NCBI GenBank assembly: GCA_034436915.1
Contig: DAOTUR010000700.1
Location: forward strand, 1-33,089
DNA length: 33,089 nucleotides
Direction of reading: 5' to 3'
DNA from: Anaerolineae bacterium
GTDB lineage: Bacteria; Chloroflexota; Anaerolineae; Aggregatilineales; Phototrophicaceae
Made by a program: the position numbers and the translations under genes. Positions 16,143 to 28,800 of this stretch are shown here, in pieces (position 1 is the first letter of the stretch; every line of letters starts with the position of its first letter). A model generated the notes under the pieces. It was not told where the DNA came from. It made no database searches and saw only the letters and a program-made list of their open reading frames with translations.

Positions 16143-16616
16143 TTATGCCTCCGGATCACGATCAAAGATAGATAAAATACGCGAGAGAGGTGCAAGAGTT
16201 GCGCCAAAGGAAATTGCCGCATTGCTCAGGCGGCGCGATACCCCATCGATCTCGACAGCGAGGCGCTCTGACATGCGCTCCAGCCGTTCAAGCGGCGTGC
16301 CTGCCATGCGATGCAGCACCATCATGCCAAAAATGCCCAGCACAACCACAAAATATACAACGGCCATACACACCACCGCCGGACACAGCACAAACAGCGT
16401 CATGAGCAGATCGCCCACAAACGATACCCGCAGACGATACTGCGGATCATTGATGAGAATCGGCAAAATCGTGAGGCCTAGCACAATCAGAACGGCCCCA
16501 ATGAAGGGGAGCGCAATCTGAAGGCGCGTCTCACGGCGGTGGACAACCGTGCCCGATTCACGCACCGGAGCGGGCGCGTCAAGGGGTGATGCAACAGGAG
16601 GAACGGATTGGGCCAT
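16143..16616 (-). CDS. Membrane protein (157 aa), three TM helices plus an amphipathic C-terminal helix
   Basis: The TM helices are IALPFIGAVLIVLGLTILPILI, FVGDLLMTLFVLCPAVVCMAVVYFVVVLGIFGMMVL. The C-terminal segment is LERLERMSERLAVEIDGVSRRLSN (DUF948-like feel). It is the first gene of the minus-strand operon. Confidence 0.55.
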   Translation of the reverse strand: MAQSVPPVASPLDAPAPVRESGTVVHRRETRLQIALPFIGAVLIVLGLTILPILINDPQYRLRVSFVGDLLMTLFVLCPAVVCMAVVYFVVVLGIFGMMVLHRMAGTPLERLERMSERLAVEIDGVSRRLSNAAISFGATLAPLSRILSIFDRDPEA

Positions 16617-16712
16617 GCATGAGTCTCACAGTGTAGATACGGATTGGACAATTTTTACACTTTTTTACAAAACTCAGACGTAACCTTTTTCCTTTATTGA
16701 GCGGTAGTGTGG

Positions 16713-16742
16713 TTGAATATACGTATACCCTAGTGGTATTTT
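16713..16742 (+). promoter_or_regulatory. Candidate extended -10 promoter for the giant gene
   Basis: TTGAAT (16713-16718), an 18-nt spacer, then TATTTT (16737-16742) preceded by TGG (extended -10 TGn). An overlapping alternative is TTGACA (16741-16746), 17 nt, then GATAAA. Motif match only. Confidence 0.3.
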
Positions 16743-16857
16743 GACACACACGTTCTGTGAAGCGATAAAACATTCACTGAAGTCTCATCTGGTTTAGTCA
16801 CGCCAGTCGCTCTACAGCATTCACACAGCTCATCATTTTCATTTTGCGGAGGTTCTT

Positions 16858-19800
16858 ATGCAGCAACCCGCCCCACGCCGCGCTCTCATCTCGGTCAAAC
16901 GGATGTGTATGCTGGTTATGGCGTTGGCGCTTATGACGTTGATCATCCCACGATCCGCGTTATCAGCCCAGGATATCACTCCTGAACCAACGGCAGACGC
17001 CACCAGCGAATCGGTCATCAATACAGAAGCGCCCGTCATTTCAACGGACGTACCGACCCTGATCCCAACTGAGGCGGCTCCGGTTGCAACAGATGCCGCC
17101 GCGCTGCCAACAGAAGCGGCTCCCCTCCCCGTCGTAACGACAGAGGCCACGCTTGAGGCGACTGCTGCCGCCACTGTGGAACCGACGAGCGCTCTCCTGA
17201 CGAGCTTCGCCGACACCTTCACAGATTGGACGGGCGCAGGCTGGGATATCGTGGATTGGCTGGTGCAAACCACCGATGATGGCAGCGCCTTCCTCATCAC
17301 AGACAGCGCCACCGCCAGCGCCGTGATCCAGAATTTCCAACCCGCCGATTTCCAACTCACGACGCGGATGCGGATCACAGAAAATAATATTGCTGAAATT
17401 CTGGTGCGCTCCGGCCTGGAGAATGACCGTATTATCTTCAGCGCCCAGGGCGCAAGCCGCTTGTATCGCGGCGAGACGCTTCTGGCAGCCTCGGCCAGCG
17501 CCCCCCTGCCCCCGCCCATTGATGCGACAGCCGAACCGCAGTGGTTCACCGTCAGCATCACGGCAGCAGGCGGCACAATTGGCGTCAGCGTCAATGATGT
17601 GCCACAAATCGCCTACACCGATCCCCAGCCCCTCCCTGCGGGGATGATTGTGTTTAAGGCCAATGCCAATAACACGGGCGCGATTGCCCTCGACGACATT
17701 TCCGTCGTCACGATTGACCCGCTGACGGCTGTGATCGCCACACCCGCAGCCGCCCTGGATGTGAGCATCCCGACTGCCGAAGCCACTGCGGACGTTACGG
17801 CCCAGGCCACACTCGAAGCAACGGCAGACGCCACACTCGAAGCAACTGCCGAAGCTACGCTTGAGCCAACTGCCGAAGCTACATCGGAAGCGGCAGATCT
17901 GTCCACATCGATTGCAAAACTGCCCGAATCGCTGCACAGCGCCTTTGAGCTTTATGCAGCCGGCGATGTGGCGGGCGCAACGGCTATGCTGACAGAGCAA
18001 AGCGTTTATCCTGATGCCTACAGCCGTATTTACCTCATCGTGGCCTACGATGGGACTGAAAATATCGCGGGCCTCATCACCGATGATGGCGGTGAAATTA
18101 TCGCTCTTAACGGCACGACCATCAATGCCTATATCAAGCTTGAGACGGTGCTCAAACTGGCAAATAAAGCCTCTGTGACCAGTCTGTATCTGCCTGTAGC
18201 CGCCACCTCCACAGGCCCGATTGCCACAGGCAACGGTTCAGCGGATGGCAATGCCAATCTCGAATCCTTCGATGCGCTCGGCGCAACCGATTGGCACAAT
18301 GCCGGGGTTCAGGGATCAGGCATTGATATCGCCATCGTGGATACGGGCTTTGCGGCGAATGCAGCCCCTTACGCCAACCCGACCATCGGCGGCGATTTTG
18401 CCTGTTTGAAGCAGGCCACTGTGCTCTCGGGTCTGGACAACCAGCCCAATGCCAATCATGGTCGCAATGTTATCGAAGTCGTGTGCGATATTGCGCCGCA
18501 GTCGTCCGTCTATCTGTATCAGGCGATGGATTATGCCACCCTGGGCCGTGCGATTTACAAGGCGCGTACCAGAAGCCCCAAGCCCAGAATTATCCTGATC
18601 ACGATGGATCTGGGCGCAAGCGCCAGCCCCGGCGATGGCACGGGCAATGTCGCGTCTGACAGCCCGGCTGCGCCTGATCCTTACATTCAGATCCAGCAGG
18701 CCCACGATGAAGGCATCGTCGTCATCGCAGCAGCAGGCAACAGCGGCAACAATACGACTGACACACTTCAAACACGTTACATTGCCTATACCAACTCAGG
18801 CACAGGTACAGAAACTATTACGGTGCAGCCTTTGAGCGGCAAAGGGGCCGTGCATATAGGGATGCAATCAACCTCCTGGACAGGTATTCTCGCCGGAGAC
18901 TTACAGACAAGCATCCCTGCAATCTTTGCGGGAAGAGCCGCAGCAAGCGGTTTACCGACCACAACCGCCGGTGATTATTACACCTTTGATTGTACGAATC
19001 CCAATACCATCAACTGCCAGTTCCAGGTCACAGTGACGGCTATAATGGGCCGTGTCGTCCAGGTACAAGTCATCAATGGGACGTTGCCCGGCGCAAATCC
19101 AACAGGTCAAATTCCCACCGCAGGCAGTCTCGCCCGCCCTGCTGATTCGCCCTATGTCATCTCCGTCGGGGCTGTCTGCGCTGATTACAAGCAGAATTTC
19201 CCGGTGTATCCGCAGAGTGCTCGCGGCCCCGTTTATGGCCCCGATGGATCAGCGCCCTCTCTCCTGTCGCTGCCCGGTACGACAGCGCTGCCTCGCTCTC
19301 AGGTCAAGCCGGATGTGATGAGCTTCTCCAATGTTCGCACCTCCGCTGCCACCCCTGTTTTTGTGTTCAGTACACCCGGCTCCTGCACAGGCGGCTTCAG
19401 CGGCACATCGTCGGCGGCAGCGCATGTCGCGGGCATGGTCGCACTGATGGACTCCAACGCGGCCAATGAGAGCATGACGGCGGATACTTTTGTCAGCTTC
19501 AATCCCGATATTGTCCTGACGGGCAATCCGGCGGATGCTGTCGAAAATGTGCGCGATTACCTGCAAACGCACGCGGTGGAAATGCCGTATGGCACAGGCC
19601 CGGCAACCGCCCAGAGCGTTGACAATACCGACGAGAGTGACAGTAACAAGGCCAATTTCGTCGGGGCCAACGGCTATGATATGATCTATGGCGCGGGCCT
19701 GACGGTACTGGGTTCACCCAAATATGACCTCACCAAGTCTGTTAACTACACGGCGCTTCCCGATCACCTGCCGCAGACACAGGATGGCGATATCTGCCCC

Positions 19801-22800
19801 TCGCTGGTTTACGTCGGTCAGGAAAACCCCGGCGACAGCATCATGGATGGCACAATTCTCCATCCGTTCGTCAGTCTGGCCTACGCTTATAATCGTGCGC
19901 CTGCGGATGCCTGTATCATTGTGATGCCGGGCGAGTATGTGACATCACTGCTGCTCCAGCGCTACGGCATGGCTGATCCTGTTGGAAGCAATGCAACCGT
20001 CGTGACAGGCCGCAGCATCTACTCGTATGATGATGTGATGCTGGCCGATTATGCGCCCAGCATCTTCTGGATGAATACGCAGTATTTCAACCGTCACAAC
20101 AGCGCCATCTTTACGCCAGGTGGTCAGCAAACGTTCTTTGGAAGTTACTACGGGACAGCCCAAATCGTTATCGATGGACTGCCCCTCGCAAACTCCAATC
20201 GCACAGTCATCGGCGGCTTTACATTCCTCGCCACCCAGATGCTGGGGGCCATCAGTGCGGCAGGCAACACCAGCAATGCCTTCATTGATGAACCGCAGGG
20301 CATCATGCTGAGTGGGTCAAAGTCTGTAACGATCCGTAACAGCTCCTTCGGCGAAGCCGTCATTGATGGTGTGACCTACCCTGGCTACACCAATCTGCCC
20401 TTAATTGGCGTCAGCTCCACCATGATTCTGGCCCTCAATCAGAGCAACGGCCTGATCATGGATGGCAACCGCTTCGTCAACAATCACGTGGGCTATTCGT
20501 TCACGGGCGGCACGCGGCCTCCTGTCCTGTTTGTCGATAATTCCGGCATCAACAATGACCTGGGCTATGACACAGAGCGCGTGCGCTTCTCGCACAATCT
20601 GGTCCAGGCCAACGAGAATTTGAGCGACAGCACCAACACCTCGTGGGCACCGCTCATCAATGCCAATAGCAGCGCCATTGATATCACTGACAACATGTTC
20701 GTGCAGAACAGAGCGGAAACGCTCATCCGCACGGCCACCAGCAGCCCGACTGACGCGCTCGAAACCCGTATTCTGGGCAATATCTTCCTGAGCAACACCA
20801 TAGCGACTGTGGTGGGTGAAGGTGATTCGGGGCCGCTGATCAATCTGTTTTACGTCAAGTTTGTCAGCTTCATGAACAACACTGTCGTGAAGAATACCGT
20901 GACAAACGCCAAATACGGCACGCTGCTGCTGCGTGGCACGACCTCACCGGCCATTACAGGCACGGGCAGCATGATCAGCGACCTAGATCAAACCTGGAAC
21001 ATCCACAACAACATCATTTACAACAATCTGTTGGGTCGTGGCTTTGCCGATGATACGATCCGCAGCAAAGTGTCTACCTCGTATGAGTGCAAGAACACCA
21101 GCGGCGTCATTAACGCGGGCGCACAAAGAAACTGGGTCTTTGGCAACGGCCTCGATAACAGCGCCTGTGCCGGGGCGATTGCTCTTGCAGGCAATAATAA
21201 CAAGACCAATCTTGATCCCACGCCGTTCTTCCGGGGCACAACAACCTCAAATCCCGTGCTCGACCCGGTGGCAAATCCGGTCTACTATGCGCTGAACAGC
21301 CTTTGCCATGTCATCCCTGCTCCCACGACAGGGCCTTGTATCTCTGCCACATCTCTGGGCTTCGACGGTGTGGATGCGGGCGATACTACGCTCGGCGGCA
21401 CCGTTATCAATAGTCTTGATTTTAATCAGGATGTTGATGGCGGCGCTCGTGTCGTGGATGCCGACAATGGCGGCCTGACGCTTGACCTGGGAGCCTTCGA
21501 GTTTGAGACGTTGAAATTCGTCGCCGATCCCATGGTCATATCAGCTCCCGCAGGCCTGGAAGATACTGTCCTGGTCGTGAGCCTTGACACGCTGCGTTAT
21601 CTGGGTGGCCCGATTGTGACGGGTGGTTCGGGTTCGCTGTCGTTCGAGATTGTGACGTATCCCTCAGATTACGGCACACAGTGTACGGGCGGGACATTCA
21701 ATGATAGCAATCGTGGTGTCCAGATCATCGGCAAAATCCTCAAATACTGCCCGCCGCGTAACTTCTATACTGATCCGGCGGCTGGCTCTCTGGGCAATCC
21801 CAATGTCAGCGCCACCGATCCTGTCTCTCCCGCTGTCCCGCCCGTCGGTGTCCCCTATTGGCCGGATCAACTCAGCCTTACGTTCAAAGTGCGTGATGAG
21901 GCTGGACAGGTCACACAGGGATCACCTGCAACTCTCCAGATCAAAATTGATCCGGTTAATGATGCGCTGCTGAGTGGCAATTATAACTACGCCGTCACAA
22001 GCAGCCGTGCAACGATTGCTGTTCAACTCCGTCCCTACGTCAAGTTCACGCCTGCGGGCGCGACAATCAGCGCCTTCAATGTGGTGTATGCGCCCAAGAT
22101 CGGCAGCCAGTTCGCGGTTGATTTCCCGTACAACTACGTCAGCAGTGCGCCAACGATCATCAATGAGTCGGGTGATGCCCCCCTGTTCGATCAGACTGAA
22201 CTGACCAGTGCCTTCGGTCAGTTGCAGACGACCTTTACTGCTACGGGCAGAGCCGGGCTGATCTATCTCAGTGTCGTTCCAAATCAGACGGGGTACAAGA
22301 AATTCCAATACACCGTTGCTGATCGGAACGGCGGGACAGCCATCTACATTGTTACTATCCGTGTCGCCAGTACCATTCCCAACAACGGTTTGTATGACAA
22401 TACCAGCTTCGCCTTTGTCTACGACGATGCGGTTCTCAACGAGAACGATACGCCCGACAACACCAACATCACAATGGGCAAGTGGGAAAGATTAGGCGCG
22501 GCCAACGCGATCAACAATACGCTGCATCGCACCTCAACCCTCAATGATCAGTTCAGCGTTGAGTATAAAGGGACAGGCTTCGTGCTGTATATGCGTTCCA
22601 GCGGTTCGGGCAGCAGTGACTTCTCTATTGAGATTCTCAATAACGATGTTACTAAGGCGATGACACCCTGGACAACACTCGTCGGCGGCATCGCGGGCGT
22701 CACCACCGATGATCTGCGTAAATCAGATATCACAGGCGGCGGTCTGTGCTACACCCGTGCGCCGATTGCCGGCACAGTCGCTGTTCCACAGCCCACTCTC

Positions 22801-25800
22801 CTCAATGGGAACATCACCAACGGCGTCGATGTCAACTTCACGATCACATGCCAGGATATGCCTGTCTTACCCAACAGCTATACCGTGCGGGTGAAGAATA
22901 AGAAGGCGGGCTATTATCTCGTGGTGGATGCCATCAGCATTCTGAATCCGGCGTCTCTGTTGGGCAGCGTGCTGACCCCTGGCTACTATGATGTGGATGC
23001 CAAGCTGGTGCGTGATATCTTCGATGTGCCCGCCACATGGCAGCCCATCACCAATATGCCCGCCACACCCACAGTTCGCTATTCCAATCTTGTGGCGATG
23101 CAAACCACATCGCTCAATCCGGCTCCCATCACGTTTAAAGTGCATAACGCCACAGGCTTTGCGATTGAAACGACCTTAGAACCGAAATCGCCCTCCTACA
23201 ATATCTGTATCAATGAGGTGGGCCTGCCAACGCCGAAGCTGTGCCAGAAGTTCAATAACACCAGCACCCTGCTGGTAAACAATATCTTCCGCCCCTTCTA
23301 CGGATTGGATCTCAGCAAAGACTACGACGTCACCATCAGCATTGATGCACCAATGCCAGCAGGCGGACGCTTTGTCATCGACTCGATCACCGTGTTCGGT
23401 GACAACATCCTGCCGTCTGGCCCGCTGCCCCTGAGCAATATCGATGATCTGCGGATGGACTGGTTCGTCCTGGGCGGGGGTCGTGAAGATGCCTGGGCCT
23501 TGAGCGGTGTCGCTGCGGCGGCTACCTCTCTCGGCCAGACGCTCACGACATCTTCACCCGCAGGGACAGGCCGCTATGTCGGGCCGTTCCTGGGCTTCGA
23601 GATGCCGCAAGAGGCTGATGCCTTCATCCTGAAGTACACCTATGCCACGACCCTGAGTACCCAGTGGATGATCTGCGTGGATCGCACCCAACTGGCAACG
23701 GCCTATGGCAACTGCATCCAAGTCAATCCGCTTGCAACGGCCCTGCTGCCAACATATCAGATCAGCAGCACCACGACAGGAGCGCTTAAACCTGCAACCG
23801 TCTCCGTCATGACCAGCGGCCCCGTCAGCAATCAACCGCTGCAAGGCTCTCTGATCATCCGCAGCAACATGTTCGATGTTCCCTGGGGGACGGGCAGCAA
23901 TCACACCGTCGAAATTTACAGCCTGGCAAATGCGCCAATAAACTTCGACGTGATCACGCCGCTGGATACCACCGCCAGCCTCACACCCGGCGGCTATGAA
24001 GAAATTACACCCGGCCTGCATTACTTCACCAGCACGTTCACTGAGTCGCCGACTTTCTCCAAGCTGGTGACAGACCCCTGGACACTGCTGACGCTGGCAA
24101 GCTATTCCGGCAGTGGAGCCATGCAGACCAAGCAGCAAAATGCGAGCGTGGCCTTCAATATGGTGGGCGCGACAGGCTTTGCGCCGCGTCTCCAGCTCTC
24201 CACCTCAACTGATGTGCTGAAGGTGTGCTGGGCGGCCTCAGTGAATGCCGTCTTGATTAATACGGCGCGTGTTCAGGACGTGTTGAACAACACAGGCGGC
24301 GTCAACAGTCAGTGCCGCCTGATCGATACTGAATCACTGACTCCGGTCTACAAGGTGGATCGTCCGTTCTTTGGCTTTGATCCTAGCAAGAATTACACGG
24401 TTGTCGTGCAGACGATTGGCGATACGTTTACGCCTGCGCCTCGCGTGGCTCCCATCACACTCATATGGGATGGTCTGACGATCTTCGGCGCGGAGTATGA
24501 TCTAACAAATCTTCAGACTCTCGCGGCCAATGTCGTGAACGAGTTCAGCTTCAAGAATCGCGTGGCTGACAACAAGTTCCTCTACTTTGGCTCAACCTGG
24601 GCCACTCGTGAAGCTGGTCTCGCAGCGGGTCGCTCTGCCCTCAATTACGATACGGCAACGGGCATGGGATCAAGCGTGCTGTTCAAAGTCAGCAGCAGCA
24701 GTTCATCGGATGCGCTGGTCTTCCTGCGCGATACGGCGACCACATCCAGTGACCTGGAAGTGTGCGCGACAAAAGATGACTACAGCGTGCGAACCTGTGC
24801 CACGATTGAATCCAATACCATCGCAGGCGTCAAGGTTCCTGCGGTCTTCCATATGCCGGGGTCAGGTAACTACATCGTCAGCGTAACGGCCATGAGCAAT
24901 GCAGCAATCTCAATCGATACGGTGCAGTATGTTCCGGTCATCACGCCAGAACTGCCCGCAGGCCGCTTTGAAGATACCGATCCGCGTTTGGTCTATGATC
25001 AGAATGCGACCAATCTGGTCTTCAACGGCAGTATGGAAGGGATCTCACCGCTCACGCCGCTTGGATGGAGCACACAGGGAACGTCAACGCTGGCTGTAGG
25101 CGCAACGCCAATCTATGCAGGCACGAAGTCGCTGCGTATCTCTGGCTTTACCGCAGGCAGCGGTGTAAGAAGCTCAACCTTTAGTCTTCAGGCGAACACA
25201 AGCTACGCCGTTGTGGGGCGTGTCCTCACGACAGCCAAGTTCGGCGCAACCATCACGATGGAAGTGCGTCAGGGCGTAACGCTGTTGGCCTCAAAATCGC
25301 TGGATATCAGCACCGTCAATACCGCTCTCGCTGTCAACACCTGGCAACCGCTGCGAATTGACTACACACCCACCATCAGCACGCTGACAGGTGTTGACGT
25401 TCGCCTCGTCATCTCGCAGCCCAATCCGCTCCTCATCCCCCTAACCTATATCTATGTGGATGATGTCTCCGTGACCGAGGGAAGCGCCTGGGATGTCTAT
25501 CCTGGAATCACCTACAGCGGTGGCACGCTCACACGCAGCAATTCGCATGGCGCACAGATGACGTTCTCGTTCGATGGAACGGGCTTCAATCTGGCGACTG
25601 TCGCGGATACGTTGGGCGGCAAGTTTGAAATCTGCTACGGCGCAGGCTCAACACTGCCGGCCTCGCCCACCTGCATGACCTATGTCAATGAAGCGGCAAC
25701 CGCCTCGCGCACGCTCACACGCGGCGTCACGGGTTTGAGCAAGCAGATCTATACCGTGCGCGTGCGTGATATCGAAGAAGGCTATGTCGATACGGCGTCT

Positions 25801-28800
25801 GCCCTCACGAACGTCATCACACGGACAGCCATCTTACGGGTAGGACGGATTGGCATCGACTTCATCGAAGTCTATGATGCACTTCTGCCCTCCCCTATCA
25901 CCATCTCCACCAGCACAACCTCCACCACGATCAGCGATAATGCTGTCGATGGCGGCGGCGCACGTTACATTCAACTTCTGCCCTCTAACCGTTGGAACAC
26001 CCTGACGGGTACACTGGCCGTTGGGCGTAGCGGCGGAACCGTAGCGGCGCAGGTTGATCCTGTTACAAGCGCGATCACGACCCTCGATGGCGGCACTGTG
26101 GCGCAGTTCCGCATCAACGTAGCGGGGACGCAGGATGTCCATCTGGTCGTCTACACAGGCACAGGTGCGGGCTACAGCAGCACGATCCTGGCTTGCGTGG
26201 ACGCCGTGTCCGGCGACCTGAATTATGACAATGTGCTCAAGCGCCAGATCAGCGTAGGGTCAACATCTAACTGTACTGTTGTAACTCTCATCCCCAATCT
26301 GCCCTTCTTCGGCCTGAACAAGAACATGATCACCGCGTTGGGCAATGTGAGCGGGACACACACCATCACGCTGCGGACGCTGACGCCGGGCTACTTCTAT
26401 ATCGATCATGTCACCGTGTTGTATGGCAACAATCTCATCCCTGGCTACTACGAAAATAGCCAGGCTGTGACCGCTGCGGATCTGATGAGCGATACAACAC
26501 CCTTGACCGCAAACTGGACAGCGGAAGCCAATGTCGCCTACAGTGGCGGTTATGCGCTCACAACGACAGTTGTGACGCCTGCCGAAGTGCTTGCACTGCA
26601 TCTCAAGGCCAGCACGGGTCTTACAGTTTTCACGGCCAGCGGCGGGATCAATCGCGGCATCACGCTCAATGTGTATGCTGCTACGGACCTGACAACCATT
26701 CTGTACACCAAGAGCGTCCTCTTCCCGACTTCGCCTGCGGTCACTTACAAAGTGCCTGTCACGCTGGCGGGTCTGCCTCTGGCTGACTACATCGTGACCA
26801 TCGCCCTGAACATGCCGACGAATCCACCGCTGCCTGCACCACAAATCACCACAGGCAAGCTGACAGTGGATGCGGTTGAAGTCTATGGGGCATTGCAGCA
26901 GTTGGGCAGCCTCTATGATGATGCGTCGGTGACACCTGCTGGCGTACCCTATCTCACCTATACACCCAACACCAATGCCGCGTGGACAACCGTCAGCGGC
27001 GCAACAGCAGTGGGCTATCTCAACCTGACTTACCATCAGACGAATCTGCTGGATGCAGGTGTCGCCTTCGGCGTCGCCTCTCCCAACGCTCAAGGTTTGA
27101 TCCTGCGTTACGGTGCAACGACCAATACCAGCGTCAAAGTGTGTGTGACGGATGCCTCTGATGCCAGAACTTGCAGCACCGATATTGTGCTGCTGGGTAG
27201 CGCTGGCAAATCGAAGGTCATCAGCTTTACAAATCCGACGTTCGCAACCGCACCAGGGGTTGGGCCCTACAGCGTCTCTATCGTGAATGCCCTTCCAGCC
27301 AAGATTTTCACACTGGATGCGGTGCAGGTTCTCGAAGCTGGCGCGTTGGCGGAGGGCATTTATGATGCCATCTTCCTCAAGTCAGCCACAGCACCTACGA
27401 TCCTGAATGGCACATGGACAACGCCAACCGCTGCGGCGAACAGCAGCAGCGGTACGCCTAGCTCATATGTTGAATTCACGTTCACAGGTATTGGCTTCAG
27501 CCTCGTCTTGAACGAGACAACACTGACGGCCAGCACCTACACGCTGTGCGTGCAGGCCGGATCATTGCCCTGTACAACACCTGCGGCGTTCAATGAGCAC
27601 ACGGCAACCATCAATCGCGGGGCTGCCGGAGATTACGCGCTGACCGTGACGGGCTTGCACCTCAGCAGCACCGACGCTACATATACGGTGCGCGTCGTCA
27701 ATACGACCCCTCCTCCGGGCACAAGCAATCTCACTGTCAAGTCGCTGCATATCCTTGGCTCTCGTCCGGGGGTAATGCTCGACTCAACCAGTGGGCGTAT
27801 CGAAAATACCGATCCGCGTCTGCGCTATCTACCCTTCGGCTCGCTGACAGATACTGTCATCAAGGTCGCGCCGACTCCGTCAGGTTTCAGCCAGCACCAG
27901 GGCATTTTGCGTGGGGCAGGCGTGTACTTCGAGTTCCAGGGCGGCGGTTTTGAATATGGTCGTCAGACAGCCGCAACGGAAAGCGCCTATAACTACTGCT
28001 ACGGCGTCGTCACAACGAGCGGCACACCCAACTATACCTGTGTACCAACCGCGCCACAGCAAGCCAACCAGCTTAATACGGCCTTGCCCGGTATGCAGCG
28101 TATCAACGTGATCAATACGGGCGCAACCTGCCAGACCGTCACCTGTTGGGTGCGTCTTTACAGCACCGAAGCCAAGCTTCTCCCAGTGGACTTCATTCGT
28201 ATCGTCGATGATATCCCCCTGACAATGGGAACCTACGAAGAAGGCAATCCGGCCTTCCATACCGTGCGCGACTTTGGTGGCTCAAGTTACGTGTTTGATG
28301 ATGCTGCACTCAACACCTCGGTTGTAAACACGTTTACGCTGGCATCTGGTGGCTATGTGCGCCAGTTCTCAGGGATAGCTGCAAGCGGCAAAGTTTCGGC
28401 GCTGAACGGCGGTCTGGCCTTCACCTTCCGTGGGACGGGCTTTGGGATCAACTTTGTCCGCAACGCCTTCGCCGATGCTGTCCAGATCTGCTATCGGGCA
28501 CGCTCCACCAATGCCGCTATCGCAGAGGCTGATATCCCGATTATCATCAGCAGTGGAACGTGTGTTGTCTACGATAACTACTCTACAACTGTGCTCTACA
28601 ATCAGGTTCGTGCGATCCAGGGCCTGCCCGAAGGGAATTACGGCGTCTTTGTGCAGATGTTGGGAGACAACTACCGCCTGCCCAATACTGTGACGCCGCA
28701 AACACATAGCACGACACAGCTTCCCATCCAGATGGTGATTGATAATGTCACCGTGTTCAATGATCCCTGGTACAACGCCATCACCAACACCAGTTGGGAT

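Noticed and set aside
17041-18000. A 319-aa ORF on the minus strand, plus other long antisense or out-of-frame ORFs inside the giant gene (16839-17594, 18316-18771, 23554-24138, 26260-27093, 30033-30545, 31222-31800).
   Set aside because: All lie entirely within the strongly motif-supported + strand giant ORF. Their translations are Arg/Gly/Cys/Ala-rich low-information sequences with no motifs. This is typical of shadow ORFs opposite GC-rich coding DNA.
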